From assembly GCA_016906335.1 (NCBI GenBank), contig JADEYG010000001.1:558001-622000 (forward strand): DNA of 64,000 bases. Direction: 5' to 3'. The stretch is from Novakomyces olei. Its lineage: Eukaryota. Under the pieces are notes generated by a model that was not told the DNA's origin, searched no databases, and was given only the letters and a program-made list of their open reading frames with translations. The position numbers were made by a program, and so were the translations under genes. Shown here one piece after another: positions 26,072-37,536 of this stretch (its first letter is position 1; every line of letters begins with the position of its first letter).

Positions 26072-26140
26072 GGTTGATGCGTGTAAGGAGTTGTGTATAC
26101 ACAACTTCGTTTATGAGTTGGATGATGCCCGTCACGCATC

Positions 26141-26289
26141 AAACCCTAATAGGGTTTTAGAGGTTTATGACTACGTGTAGTAAGTAATGTGCAGGCTACT
26201 TGGCTTATCGGCACACCATTCAACCCTAAGTTATACATTGAATTCTAATTAATACACTAATTTATACTACCCAAGAAGGCTTACACGTG
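26141..26289. promoter_or_regulatory. RPL41 upstream elements: palindromic telobox pair, a second telobox and a CACGTG E-box
   Basis: AAACCCTAATAGGGTTTT (26141-26158), AACCCTAA (26222-26229) and CACGTG (26284-26289). Confidence 0.55.
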
Positions 26290-26621
26290 GGCACACTTCA
26301 AAAAGTACGACAGATAATTACTTGGCTCTGGAAACAAGACTAGTTTATTACAATAAAATTTTAACTTTAAAGTATCGATACGTTTCTGGAGACAACAGCA
26401 AAAAGAAAGTATGGCGATTACCGTACTTTACGACTATTCAGTAGTAGAAAACCATACATTACTGTGACTCTAAACTAAAGCAATAAATTTAAATTAAATA
26501 ATGTATGGCAAATAATTTACAAATAATGTAAAAATAATGTATTGACAATATTTATTTTTATTTCGCTATCGCTGATATCATTGTAAAGGCGGTCGCGTCC
26601 ACTGGCGGAGAACACAGCAAA

Positions 26622-27081
26622 ATGCCGTGCGCCGACTGTGAGCGTACGGCGACCACTAAACTAGCAACGCCAACGTAAGATTGACAAGTTTGGCGGTAAA
26701 GTATCAACTAACGTACATGCAGCGTTAAAAGGCCAGATGCCCGGTTTATCGGCGGCACTGGGCCAAAAGAGCGGAAAGTGGGAGAGAGTATGATCGCCAA
26801 GGGCAGTGGCGGACTCGCAGCGTCTGCACAGCGGTACAACCCATACTCCTCCTCGTGCAAGGGCTGGTACGGTTACTCAGTTTCTGTACTTTTTTTTTCT
26901 TTTCTGTGCTTTTCTGTTCTATTCTGTACGGTTTTTTTTTCTTTTTCTAACCAGCAGTGGCCAGCGCACGAACCATGCCGGTGCCAAATACTGCGCTTCG
27001 TGCGCCTTCACTAAAGGCAGGTGCTCTATTTGCGGCAAAAAGCAGATGGATTTGAAGGGCCATAAAGTCAGTAATAAGTGA
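26622..27081 (+). CDS. CRIPT family cysteine-rich protein
   Basis: MPCADCE..KLATP|..RKVGES...RYNPYSSSCKGC|..KYCASCAFTKGRCSICGKKQMDLKGHK. Two GT-AG introns; four CxxC pairs. Confidence 0.88.
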
Positions 27082-27421
27082 AGGCCGCTTACACGGGATC
27101 TACACCGACTGGACATTAAGGATGCTTTTACGAAGGCAATATTATAAATTACACACATTAGGGACACGTGTGTTTGAGACTGGGCTGATCACGCAATGAA
27201 TGCGCATACTGCTGCAGTGCGAGAGCCAGGATGAGCTTCCAAACGGACCCAGCTTCATGCTCCGTTGGCAGTTTGGTGCGATTCTGATACAAATTAAACT
27301 CAAAATATTTAGAATACACAAACGCGTACAGCACAGGCTTGCAGTGAATAGCAAGCAGTATTTATAAGGACACACTGCGCGAGCAGCATAATGATACAAT
27401 GTTATACTAGACTAGACTAGA

Positions 27422-28338
27422 CTACCGCCGAGCCAAAACATGCTGTACCTGACGGAAGTATGGGTCGGGCAAAGATTTTTCCAGTTCTTTTCGAGTGAGC
27501 CAGGCATACTCTGTGCCCGTCTCGTCTGGTCGTATGTTACCATAAAGTATTTTCGCGCGTAGCAAGAAAGTATTGCTCCCTTCTTCTTTTACAACGCAAG
27601 CTGGAGTAGGACTCACGACCCAGTACTTGAAGCTTTGGCCATCCCCGAAAGCGTCCAGGGCTTTTGGTACCAAACTGTGCAGACTCGTCACCGCTTCCAT
27701 CTGCACTGAAGGCAAACGCCACTCCTGCCCAGCCTTTACCACCAAATAAAGTGACGAGTCGAGGGCCCGGTCCAGTGACCGCAGGTTTTGAGCGTTGTCT
27801 GCGGCAGTCTCGCGTGGACGAAACGACTTTGCTTGCTGCTCTACTTCAAGCAATTCCTTTTCCATTGCCGTGAGCACAATACCGGCAGGTGATGTGCCGG
27901 TTATAGCCTCGCCTTCTGTACTGCCATTGCTGCCCTCTCCATCTCCCTCTATTTTTGTGCTTTTCTGTTTAAATTGCTCTTTTACCGACATCCATCGCTT
28001 CTCTGCTAACGAATCGCGTTTGAAAAATAAATGGCCCGCGAAATGAGCAGCCTGGCGATCGGCGATGGACCGTTGATACGCATAAAACTCTTTTTCAAAC
28101 TCTGACGGCTGCTGCGTCAGCACGGGTGGCCTTTGTAGAATCACTCCTGCAAAAATTGGAGGCGCAGAGCTGATAGAAAAAGCAGGAGAGGAATCGGCTG
28201 CCTCTGCCTCAGTGGTCAGCCTCGCTTTTAATAAGCCGCCTGATTTGTTAGTGCAATTATTAAATGGGTCTTACCTCGTAACCCGCACACGCACGAGCGG
28301 TACGCTTGCCGCCGGGACAAAGTGAATGCCGGCCTCAT
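27422..28338 (-). CDS. MRPL17: Mitochondrial ribosomal protein mL46 (Mrpl17)
   Basis: GVILQRPPVLT..FEKEFYAYQ, PRETAAD..LRSLDRALD..LYLVVK and YAWLTRKEL. 35-nt intron 28240-28274 follows the presequence. Confidence 0.85.
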
Positions 28339-28569
28339 TGATCTTCACAGTTTTTGCTGAAGCAGTTTTTAATTTATATATTTATAAAATACGAGAGAAT
28401 CGTATTGTTTAGAGTGTATGTATAATGATGCTCTTTATTTAAGTGCAGAAAAACAATTATTAAATTATTTTTTTTATTTATATCTTTGGTATGCGAAATC
28501 TATACAACAGAAAATCTAGTGCTATTTTCGTTGACGATCTGGTGTATGTGAATATGAAATATTAAAAAC

Positions 28570-28632
28570 TAAATAAATAATAAATAATAAATAAATAAAT
28601 AATAAATAAATAAATAAATAAAAATAAAAATA
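28570..28632. repeat. (TAAA/TAA)n low-complexity tract
   Basis: Visible directly upstream of TWF1. Confidence 0.8.
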
Positions 28633-28689
28633 ACGGCACGCTATTTACACGTCATTATTATACAACACAGTCTGTTGCACTCGTCCACG

Positions 28690-29650
28690 ATGAGCTCACA
28701 GTCCGGCATTAGTGGTAAGTCGCTGCAAAAAACGACGCTGACAAAAAGTTTCGCCCGGTCTGTCGTCGCAATTGGCGCAATTAGTGGAAGACAATGGTCA
28801 GCGAGCGATAATTTTGGTTATTGAGCAAGAGCAAGTGCGGTTGGCTAAAGCGGTGCCACGGCAACCCGGTCAAAGCGAGTCCGAAGCCTTTGCGGCGCTC
28901 GACGAGGATCTGAGCAGCAGTCCGTGCTATCTGTTTTTCCGGCGCGACGATGACGGCTCATTCACCTTTGTTGACTATGTGCCGGAGACGGCTCGTGTAC
29001 GCGACAAGATGGTGTACGCGTCCACGCGTAACACTGTGCAACGCGGCTTTCCCGGCCAAGTCTCGTCCTCCGTATACATTACGTCAAAGCAGGAGTTGAA
29101 GTCCGCCTTTGAAGGCGAAAAATCTGCCCCTGAAGAGCCGCCGGCCAAAGTCACTTTGGACTATAATCAGACAGTCGTTGCTCCCAAGGCCAATGCTAGT
29201 GGCATTGCGTTTCCCTTTACACAAGAAGCAGCGAGTGCTCTACACGAATTTCCTACCGCAGCAAACTATGTAATTCTAGAGATAAATACGGGCGAGGAAA
29301 TTATTGCATTATCGGCCCAGGGAACTGCATCTCCCAACGACTTGCGATCAAAGCTAGCGGGCAAGTCTCCACGGTACGTCGTCTATCAGTACGCGGAAAA
29401 GAGCAATATCTTTTTGTACATTTGCCCTTTAGCCTCCTCCGTGAAGGAGCGAATGCTCTATTCTGCTAATCGTAATTCCGTGTTGGAGCGCGTAACGAAG
29501 GAGTTTGGGATTGAATTAGCCGGCCGCTGTGAGACGAGCGATGCTGATGAAATTAATGAGGAAATGATACGTTCAGAGGTTCAGCATGAAGGTCGAACAG
29601 CCACGGCAGCACCAAAATTTTCACGGCCACGGGGGCCGCGTCGGCACTGA
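28690..29650 (+). CDS. TWF1: Twinfilin (two ADF-H domains)
   Basis: MSSQSGIS, then a 34-nt intron 28715-28748. YVPETARVRDKMVYASTR, SVKERMLYS and the C-terminal KFSRPRGP. Confidence 0.93.
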
Positions 29651-30288
29651 GCCTGGCCAACGGCATGCAGATTAGACTTTAGGGTTTATAAAATCTATAA
29701 TATCCAATTATTAGGGTTTAGTGGTTTAGACGATAAAAGTATATTGGCGCCGCATGGCTCTAGCCTAATAAATGACGTGCAATTTGGCGTTTGCCGTAGA
29801 CTTTGTATGGGCAATTGCGATTTGTAATGCCGCTATACTATTTCAGTACTGACTCGTAGCCCGCAAAGTTTCATGTATAATATGTCTTGATCGTAAATTT
29901 TGTTTGCCAATACTCGGGCCACTGGATATAAATGAATACTTATATTGAAATTCTTATTTATTTGCAGCGGCCCTTATATGCGTGTAAATACGGGGCGCAT
30001 ACTCGAACCCGATTATACTCGAACCCGATTATGCTCGTAGCCCAGTAATCCCCATAAAATACGTTGAAAACCATCATGACATAATCAAGTAACCTTCCTC
30101 TGCAGACCAACTCTCGAGGCCATACACGTGTATCATTATTGTTATTCTTTTGTTCTTTGTTCATCCGTCTGCAAAACAAAACCATTCATCTTCTACCGCA
30201 GCTATTTCGTTTCATGCTAAATTTCTGACTGAACATGGCTCATATACCTCGAACTTTTTTTTTGGCCAATATTGGCAAATTCATAATT

Positions 30289-30346
30289 AAATATTAATTA
30301 AATATATATCAAATATTAATCAAATATTAATCAAATATTAATCAAA
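30289..30346. repeat. 11-nt tandem repeat (AATATTAATCA), imperfect
   Basis: Visible directly in the SFC1 upstream region. Confidence 0.75.
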
Positions 30347-30552
30347 TAAATAAAATGGTCCATCACATGTCAACTCTATCCGGCCGGACATATCCCGAAC
30401 AGGGTGTTCTCGCTCTAGCGGAGAGAGTAAACGAAAATGGAAATCTTACCCCACAAAATTATAGGCACACACCTCTCCATATATATATATATAAAGGCGA
30501 CGTGTCTTTCTTTGTGTCTTGATCGCAGGAATAATTGGGCGAAATTGACGCC

Positions 30553-31755
30553 ATGAAGGGGGCACAGACAAAAGCAGACACGAAGGTTACGAGCCATGGA
30601 ATGGCTACACACCTTATCGCCGGTGGCTCGGCCGGGCTCATGGAGGTATATTATTTTTAATATTTCAATTTTAATATTTCAGTTTTGATATTTTCAATTT
30701 TGATTTTTCAATTTTGTATCTCAATTTAATTCTATCCCCAATCTAAATAGTTTCCTAACGACAACAATCGAATTCCTATTGATCATCTTTGCGATTACGC
30801 TGGCTTCCATTAACACGCTCTGCTACTATGAATATTTTATGTTTTTCTCTGACTCTAGGCCCTCGTATGCCACCCCTTGGATACCATTAAAGTTCGAATG
30901 CAATTATCACGGCGAGCACGAATGCCCGGCGCCCCTCGGCGAGGCTTCCTTCGCACGGGGCGGGAAATAGTCGCCCGGGAATCACCGCTCGGCCTTTACA
31001 AAGGCCTCGGGGCCGTAGTCACCGGGATCGTACCCAAAATGGCTATCCGCTTCTCGTCGTTTGAAATGTACAAGACTCTGCTGGCCGATGCAGTGGGCAA
31101 TGTATCAACAAGGGCGACTTTTCTTGCCGGTCTTATGGCCGGAGTGACAGAGGCAGTCGCGGTAGTAACGCCAATGGAAGTAGTAAAGATCAGGTTACAA
31201 GCGCAGCACCATTCAATGTCAGACCCGCTTGATGTTCCGCGGTACCGTAATGCTGCTCACTGTGCCTACACTGTAGTCCGAGAAGAAGGCGTTGGTGCTT
31301 TATATAAGGGCGTCGCTCTCACGGCGATTAGACAGGCTACAAATCAAGCGGTAAACTTTACTGCCTATCAAGAGTTTAGGAAGCGGTTGCAGGATTTACA
31401 GCCTGACTTGCAGGGCCAATTGCCCAGCTGGCAATCGTTCCTGATTGGTGGAGTATCCGGGGCAATGGGCCCGCTTTCTAACGCGCCTATTGATACAATA
31501 AAGACGCGTATTCAACGTGGCGGCGATTCTATTCCACAGATGAGCAGTGCCCTTCAACGGTTCTCTTTTGTTTCGCGTGAGCTTATCAAGCAGGAGGGTG
31601 TTCGTGCCCTGTACAAGGGCATCGGGCCCAGAATTTTGCGAGTAGCACCCGGCCAAGCTGTGACTTTTGCCGTGTATGAAAAGGTAAAGTCCTGGATTGA
31701 TCGGTTCCAATCCTCTGCTTCACTCTCCAGCATTGCCCGGGGTGCAGATGATTGA
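30553..31755 (+). CDS. SFC1: Mitochondrial succinate-fumarate carrier
   Basis: HLIAGGSAGLME|ALVCHPLDTIKVRMQL, GIVPKMAIRFSSFE, IRLQAQHHSMSDPLDVPRYRNA and RVAPGQAVTF. Intron 30646-30858. Confidence 0.92.
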
Positions 31756-32345
31756 GTTTGTTTTATTTAGAATACCGCCAGGTGTTTAATCAACAAAAAA
31801 ACAGATATTCAAGGGCAGTATGAAGAGGCCGTTCAAGGGGAGAGGATGAATGAAAAGTTAATCTCGATTTATGATGACCATATAAATAAAAGAAATGGAT
31901 CAAATAATTATTTGTTTCTGCTGCCGTTATAGTACATGTGTAGTAATACCCATAAACTCCCTAGTGTGTATTTTCTCATCAACCGACACTGCCAAACTGC
32001 CGTACAGCAAGCACCCATTGAGGGCGGCATTGACGTGAAAATATCGTACCAAATAATCTCGTCCTTAAAACGCAGTCCAGTCATAGGCATATTTCGCTCG
32101 ATAACATGGCGATAATTAAGCGTCACAAACAAGCCATTTTATCAAGTCATATCGCGTCATACGTGAATCACAAGTACATCGTATAGTACGCTGCAGTATT
32201 CGTCGTGATACGTTGCGTATGAGGCAGGTCTCTGTCAAACCTTTTGTGATACGCTTGGCCGTGCTATATGCAAGAAGACAATTGCACAACAACAGCAGAG
32301 TGATGACGCTAGTCGTCAAAAAAAGTAGCATTTATATATTTAATG

Positions 32346-34667
32346 TTATTCACCATTTTTCTGTCCCATTTTACACGTCAAGGCAACCGTCTGCTTTACA
32401 GTCTGCTCAATAGCGCTTTGCAACTGGGCAACAGGCACCGCGTCCAGTTTTTCTAACCGTTCTGGCGAGCTGGCTCTTGCCAATGACGGATCGGCCCGAC
32501 CGTAAAACCGCCGGGAGACAGTTTTATTAATCTCTGTAAACTGCTCCTTTGTAATCTTGCCAGTTCGATAGAAAGGCTTCAGTGAAGCATTGACTGTCAT
32601 CTCCACCTCGGCTTTGATTCGCCGTGAGAGCATTAATGGCTGTTCTTTAAGACCTTTGTCTTGCACAGTATGGGAGGGTTTCACTTGGCTGGCCCCCACT
32701 TGTTCTCCCTGGCTGACCCCCACTTGTTCTCCCTGGCTGACCCCCACCTGCTCTCCCTGGCTGACCCCCACTTTCTGAATATAATTATCTCCCGATGACG
32801 GACTTGAAAAACAAGTAGGCGATAAATGGGAAAACGTCGGGGTCGAGCTGCAGCTGGCTGGCGATGACGCTCGGCTTTGCGAAAGCAAAGATGTAATGTT
32901 GGAAGGCTTAGAGGGCAAAGTAGAGCTTCCAGTTGCTGGAGAGCCACAAGCAGTAGCGTTAAGTGTCCTTCTCACGGGAGTAGCCAGTTCCGGCATCCCC
33001 GTCGCGCTCTGTGGCCTCTTCATTTCCTCTAATAAGTCGCCAAGTAAGCTCGGGCCGGCCGGCAATGGTGACTGGCTCTCACCGCTATTTGCCGGTGTGG
33101 CTGCCTCTCTCCGCCGAGGCCGTTTCAGCTTGCGCTCTTCTTCCACAGGTTTGTCTCCTGTGGAGGCTGAAGCAGTATTGCTAGCATTGCCATTGGCACT
33201 AGAGACACCACTGGCTTCCCCAGTACGCCGCCGTTTCCTGCCCCTGCTGGAACCCTCTGTCACCATATTCCGAGCATGATCAAATAGCCGCCAAGTACGT
33301 GCGTCGCCGGTGACCACACGTTTACCTGAAGGCAATTCTATCCGAATCCCAGAGTCGGCTGATAAAAGGTTTGCCGTTTCAGACTTGGCAAATCCGTTAT
33401 CGTAACCGTCGGTGGTGTTTTCAATATTATTATCAATATTATTGTCAATATTATTGTCAATATTATCATCAATATTATCGACAATATTATCAACATCAGT
33501 ATTATTTTCATTGTGGATGATTCGAGTCTGGATAGCGGCTCGACGCAAGGGCACACGGACCCGCTCTGCCCATAATTGCCGCTCTCTCCTTTCCCGCTGC
33601 CGTCTACGCTGAGCTTCAGCTGCACTCGTCTCATTCACACTGTCTTCCTGATCAAAGTGGCCAAAATCTCTATCAAGCGCCTCCCACGCCCTCTCACGTA
33701 ATCTATCCCAGGCTAAATCCCACTGAGATCTGAGGGCCGATGTTTCTGCGGGCCCGGTTCGACGGGTCAATCGGCCATGTAATCGTCCAGTAGCAGCAGC
33801 ATTTCTTGCTGCTGCTCTTGCAGCTGCTCTCCGTCGGCCAGCAGTTCTAGTAGAGCCCTGACGGCCAATCTGCCTCTCATAAACAAAGAGACAAGTCGGA
33901 CAGAAAAACGCTCCACTGCCACGTGGCAGCAAAGCACCAGAGCCTAGAGCCTGAGCCGGCAAGCAATGCAAATGGTAGACGTCATCGCACTGATCGCACA
34001 TGAGCATCGTAGCGCTATGGTTATTATCGCCGTCTTGGTTATCCGCAGTGTTTGGGCCGAGTCCGCAGACTGTACATCGCCTATTTGTTTCCAGCCAAAC
34101 ATCGTAGTCCCCGTCTTCCTCCGGGACAGCTTGTACCCGGTCAGGCACTTCGTATTCCCGGACAAGCGTTGCATCAGGCAACCGTACTTGAACTGCATTG
34201 AATTTGGCTCGGCAAGTCGGACAAGTATTGCTCACCTGGCACCAGACGAGTAAGCACGCGTCGTGGAACACGTGCCCGCAAGCGATATGAGCAATCTCCA
34301 CTTCAGCCTCAGCTTTGATCTTGTTATTGTCACTGCCGGAATTAGTGGTAGAGCTTGACTGAGAAAGTAAAGTGTCTCTGTACTCTGACTTGACTCGTGG
34401 CTCTTGCGACTCTTGTTTGATTGAAGGTTCGGATGATTCTGGTTTTACAAGTGTTCCAGTCGACGATTGAGGCTCTGGTTCAAGGTTCGCTTCACTGCCA
34501 GCAGCTTCTGTAGATCTTAAAGCAGAACTCTCAGTCAAAGCTGATAGGCAAATAATACACAGCTCAAGCTCCGAATCAGAATCATCTTCTGCCGCCAAAG
34601 AGTCCGCCTGATCAATACCTTCTTCCACGATACTGCTCAAGGCAGCTTCTGGCTCCTCTGTCTTCAT
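32346..34667 (-). CDS. RING + PHD finger protein with a C-terminal SRI-like domain (Asr1/PHRF1-like)
   Basis: Split RING (CIIC ... CGHVFHDACL..W..VSNTCPTCR), PHD (CTVC..CDQCDDVYHLHCL..FCPTC) and C-terminal LKPFYRTGKITKEQFTEINKTVSR. Confidence 0.8.
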   Translation of the reverse strand: MKTEEPEAALSSIVEEGIDQADSLAAEDDSDSELELCIICLSALTESSALRSTEAAGSEANLEPEPQSSTGTLVKPESSEPSIKQESQEPRVKSEYRDTLLSQSSSTTNSGSDNNKIKAEAEVEIAHIACGHVFHDACLLVWCQVSNTCPTCRAKFNAVQVRLPDATLVREYEVPDRVQAVPEEDGDYDVWLETNRRCTVCGLGPNTADNQDGDNNHSATMLMCDQCDDVYHLHCLPAQALGSGALLPRGSGAFFCPTCLFVYERQIGRQGSTRTAGRRRAAARAAARNAAATGRLHGRLTRRTGPAETSALRSQWDLAWDRLRERAWEALDRDFGHFDQEDSVNETSAAEAQRRRQRERRERQLWAERVRVPLRRAAIQTRIIHNENNTDVDNIVDNIDDNIDNNIDNNIDNNIENTTDGYDNGFAKSETANLLSADSGIRIELPSGKRVVTGDARTWRLFDHARNMVTEGSSRGRKRRRTGEASGVSSANGNASNTASASTGDKPVEEERKLKRPRRREAATPANSGESQSPLPAGPSLLGDLLEEMKRPQSATGMPELATPVRRTLNATACGSPATGSSTLPSKPSNITSLLSQSRASSPASCSSTPTFSHLSPTCFSSPSSGDNYIQKVGVSQGEQVGVSQGEQVGVSQGEQVGASQVKPSHTVQDKGLKEQPLMLSRRIKAEVEMTVNASLKPFYRTGKITKEQFTEINKTVSRRFYGRADPSLARASSPERLEKLDAVPVAQLQSAIEQTVKQTVALTCKMGQKNGE
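32686..32772. repeat. 24-nt coding minisatellite, about 3.5 units (VGVSQGEQ)
   Basis: TGTTCTCCCTGGCTGACCCCCACT units visible directly. Confidence 0.92.
33421..33495. repeat. 12-nt coding repeat (NNID)n
   Basis: TCAATATTATTG-like units, about six copies. Confidence 0.88.
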
Positions 34668-35502
34668 GCGCAGAAAAATCGAGAGCCAGCACAGTAATGA
34701 GCGGGCTAATGTAGATAAAGTATTCCCGCACAGTATCCTGATACTCAGTACCCCGGTACTCTTACAGTACCGCACAGACGCCGCGCCGGTAATCAAACGG
34801 CCCGAGATGTAAAAAACTGACGTCTAAACCTGACAGAGTCCGCCAACAGTCCGTTTCATGCGTTCGCTAACGGCGTCTTTAAGCAGCAAGAAATAAAAGG
34901 CTTTGCGATATTGCTTCCAATAATAATGCACCCCTTCCTACCACCAATATCTGCACCACACTATCCTCTATGAGCGTGCTGGCTTTACGTGACAACGGAC
35001 TTGCTCAAACTCCGACCGACACTGAATAAAAGCAGGACAGTTTCCAGTTCAAAGTGCAACGGACCAAACAGCTCTTTCGATAATCTGACACTCCAACAGA
35101 ACGGTAAAAGACCACAGTGGAAAAATGTCCAAAAGTCAAAGTCTAAAATGCCCAAAGGTCACAGTCTAAAGCTGGCGTGATTTGACAGTGTACTCTGCCC
35201 ACGAGGCGGTTCGCCTTGCGGCCGTTGTGCGCGTTACCAAAGATTGCAAGATTATCCACCGAGATATTTATTATGGGACGTAGTTATCGGTGAAGATTAC
35301 ATGGTTATTATCATGACTATTATCTTATTCACCAGAATTAATTAAATTAATAAATAAATAAATAAATTAATTAATTATTAGACAACTGGATCACAATACA
35401 TTTTGCTTTATTATAGAGTATAAATGTCGAGCCTCATGTAATATATAGAAATCGTAGCTCGTGTTACGTAGTGTCATGCATCGCTAGGCTCTACTACGCT
35501 CA

Positions 35503-36387
35503 ATGGCACTGCCAGCACGCTTTTTACTGCCGCGTGTAAAGTGCGCCGGCGTGTTACACTCGACTCTGGTAAGACATTTGCATTGAGCTTTACTGATCTC
35601 AAAGAGCATCGCAGTAAAGAATGGCCAGAGAGTACATAGGTCGTTTGTCGCCAAGGGCACAATTGGGCCAATTGCTATTGGGAAAACTGGATTGAAGACT
35701 GAGGCCAGCCCCTGGCGTATTCACATTGCTCTACATGGCAATAATGTGAGTCGACGGCACGCGAGCACAGGGCCCCTACCGCTCCACGAGAATATATATA
35801 CACTCCCCAATCTTTTAACTTTGTCCCGACTGTTGGCTACGCCGGTAATTGCGTACGCCTACTTGCATGAAGCACACGTCGCTGCTCTTGGCCTTTTCGT
35901 GTATGCGGGTATATCGGACATGCTCGACGGCTGGCTGGCCCGCAAATATAACGCGGGCAGTGTCGTGGGCACTGTTCTTGATCCAATGGCAGATAAGGCT
36001 TTGATGACAACCCTAACCCTAACCCTAGCGGCAAAAGGTGTTTTGCCGGGCTGGCTGGCTACGGTTATCGTGGGACGCGATGTTTGTTTAGGACTGGCGG
36101 CTTTTTACTACCGGTACACGAGCCTACCGCCGCCACGAACGCTGAAAAGGTACTGGGACTTTTCTCTGCCGAGTGCAGAAGTGCACCCTACTTTTATCAG
36201 TAAGGTCAACACTTTGCTGCAGCTCTTGCTTATCGGAGTAAATGTGGCGCAGCCTGTGCTTTTAATACCTTTTGTGGACGAGTACCAGACTATTTTCCAG
36301 TGGATGGTTGCTACTACTACCGTTTGGAGCGGCCTTTCGTACGTGTACAGCAAGGACGCTGTCCGTATATTGAACAAACCAAGGTAG
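35503..36387 (+). CDS. CRD1: Cardiolipin synthase (CDP-alcohol phosphatidyltransferase)
   Basis: ENIYTLPNLLTLSRL and SDMLDGWLARKY..VGTVLDPMADK. Presequence exon joined in frame by a 36-nt intron 35569-35604. Confidence 0.93.
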
Positions 36388-36601
36388 TACTTAAAATTAA
36401 ATATAAAAAGTAGCAAACTATGACCATTAAAGAAGTGTAGCCGTAGATAAAGCGCACGTGTAATTTGCAGATAATCAGATTCTGTAGTGTAATACGACTA
36501 GACATTCTTCTGTAATGCCCGCCCAGCCCTTTGTCAACGACAAGCAAACAAAGCAGCACGTAGTCAATGTAGTTCTTACTATCTGGCCCGACTAGAGCAG
36601 C

Positions 36602-37321
36602 CTACTCTTTAAGCGCTTTAACATTTTTTTGTAAAAACTCGGACCATTGCTCTAGGGTCCAGCTCGAGCTAATAGAATTCTCTACAATACCATTTAGCAG
36701 TACTGTTGGCGAAACATGGATGCTGTTCTGACGTCCAAATTTGATCTGCAGCTTGAGGTCGTTTGTAATGGCATTTCCTGCGTTTTTAGGTGCGCCTTCT
36801 TTAATCTGAAGAAGACTAAACACTTTATCCTCATCGACACCTACAGCCTGGTGCGCAAGTTTTGCCAGACGACGATAAGTTTGCGCCCGTGTTTCCTCAT
36901 AAACAGGCTCCTTTTAAAATTAGAAGTAATCATAACGGAGCTCTGCGAAAAACTTACGTCATAGAACTCGGAGGATGCGTGAAACAAGTCCTGACTAAAC
37001 TTCCAAAATTGATTTGGGGACAGTCGCGCTACAGCCAATCCGGCCTCGTGCACTAAAGTACTCGACGGGTGCCAGGGCTGGACTTGATGACGGAAAATAA
37101 ACGCAACGTCATTCTCATACTTGCTTTCCTTCACAAAAGGGAAAACCTGTTCGTACAATGTCTTAAAGATCTTTGCCGAAAAGGGGCAGACATAATCAAC
37201 TGCCATTCCGTGTTAGCAACCGCACTTTATACAGGATTGGCTAATTACGAAATAATTCCACTTTAATCGGTGCAGACTGCGAGCCGTAAAACTGTGCTTT
37301 AAACTGAGGTGCAAAAGCCAT
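36602..37321 (-). CDS. Thioredoxin-like fold (DsbA/AAED1-like) protein with a CPFS motif
   Basis: MAFAPQF..VELF|LDYVCPFSAK, FRHQVQPWHPSSTLVHEA and GRQNSIHVSPTV..NG. Two introns. Confidence 0.85.
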
Positions 37322-37393
37322 TGCGGTTAATATGGCAGTAAACAATTTAATGGAATTGGAGGCCGCTTGCTTTGCCGTCGGTTATGTAAATTA

Positions 37394-37536
37394 TAGTGAA
37401 GGATTCCTCGCCTGGCGTGGACGCAATATGACACAATTATTCGCGTCTCCGCCTCCGTGGGGATGGCATTGCCGAGATTAAGTAATTTGTTCCACCGTAC
37501 TGTTACTTGTGTTTCGGAGGTTATTCTTTAACATTG
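37394..37536 (+). ncRNA. Candidate box H/ACA snoRNA
   Basis: Hairpin, H-box AGATTA (37475-37480), hairpin, then ACA (37531-37533). Stems contain G-U pairs. No target identified. Confidence 0.4.

Noticed and set aside
36008-36028. (ACCCTA)3 telomere-like repeat
   Set aside because: It lies within the CRD1 coding sequence and encodes TLTLTL of a membrane helix.
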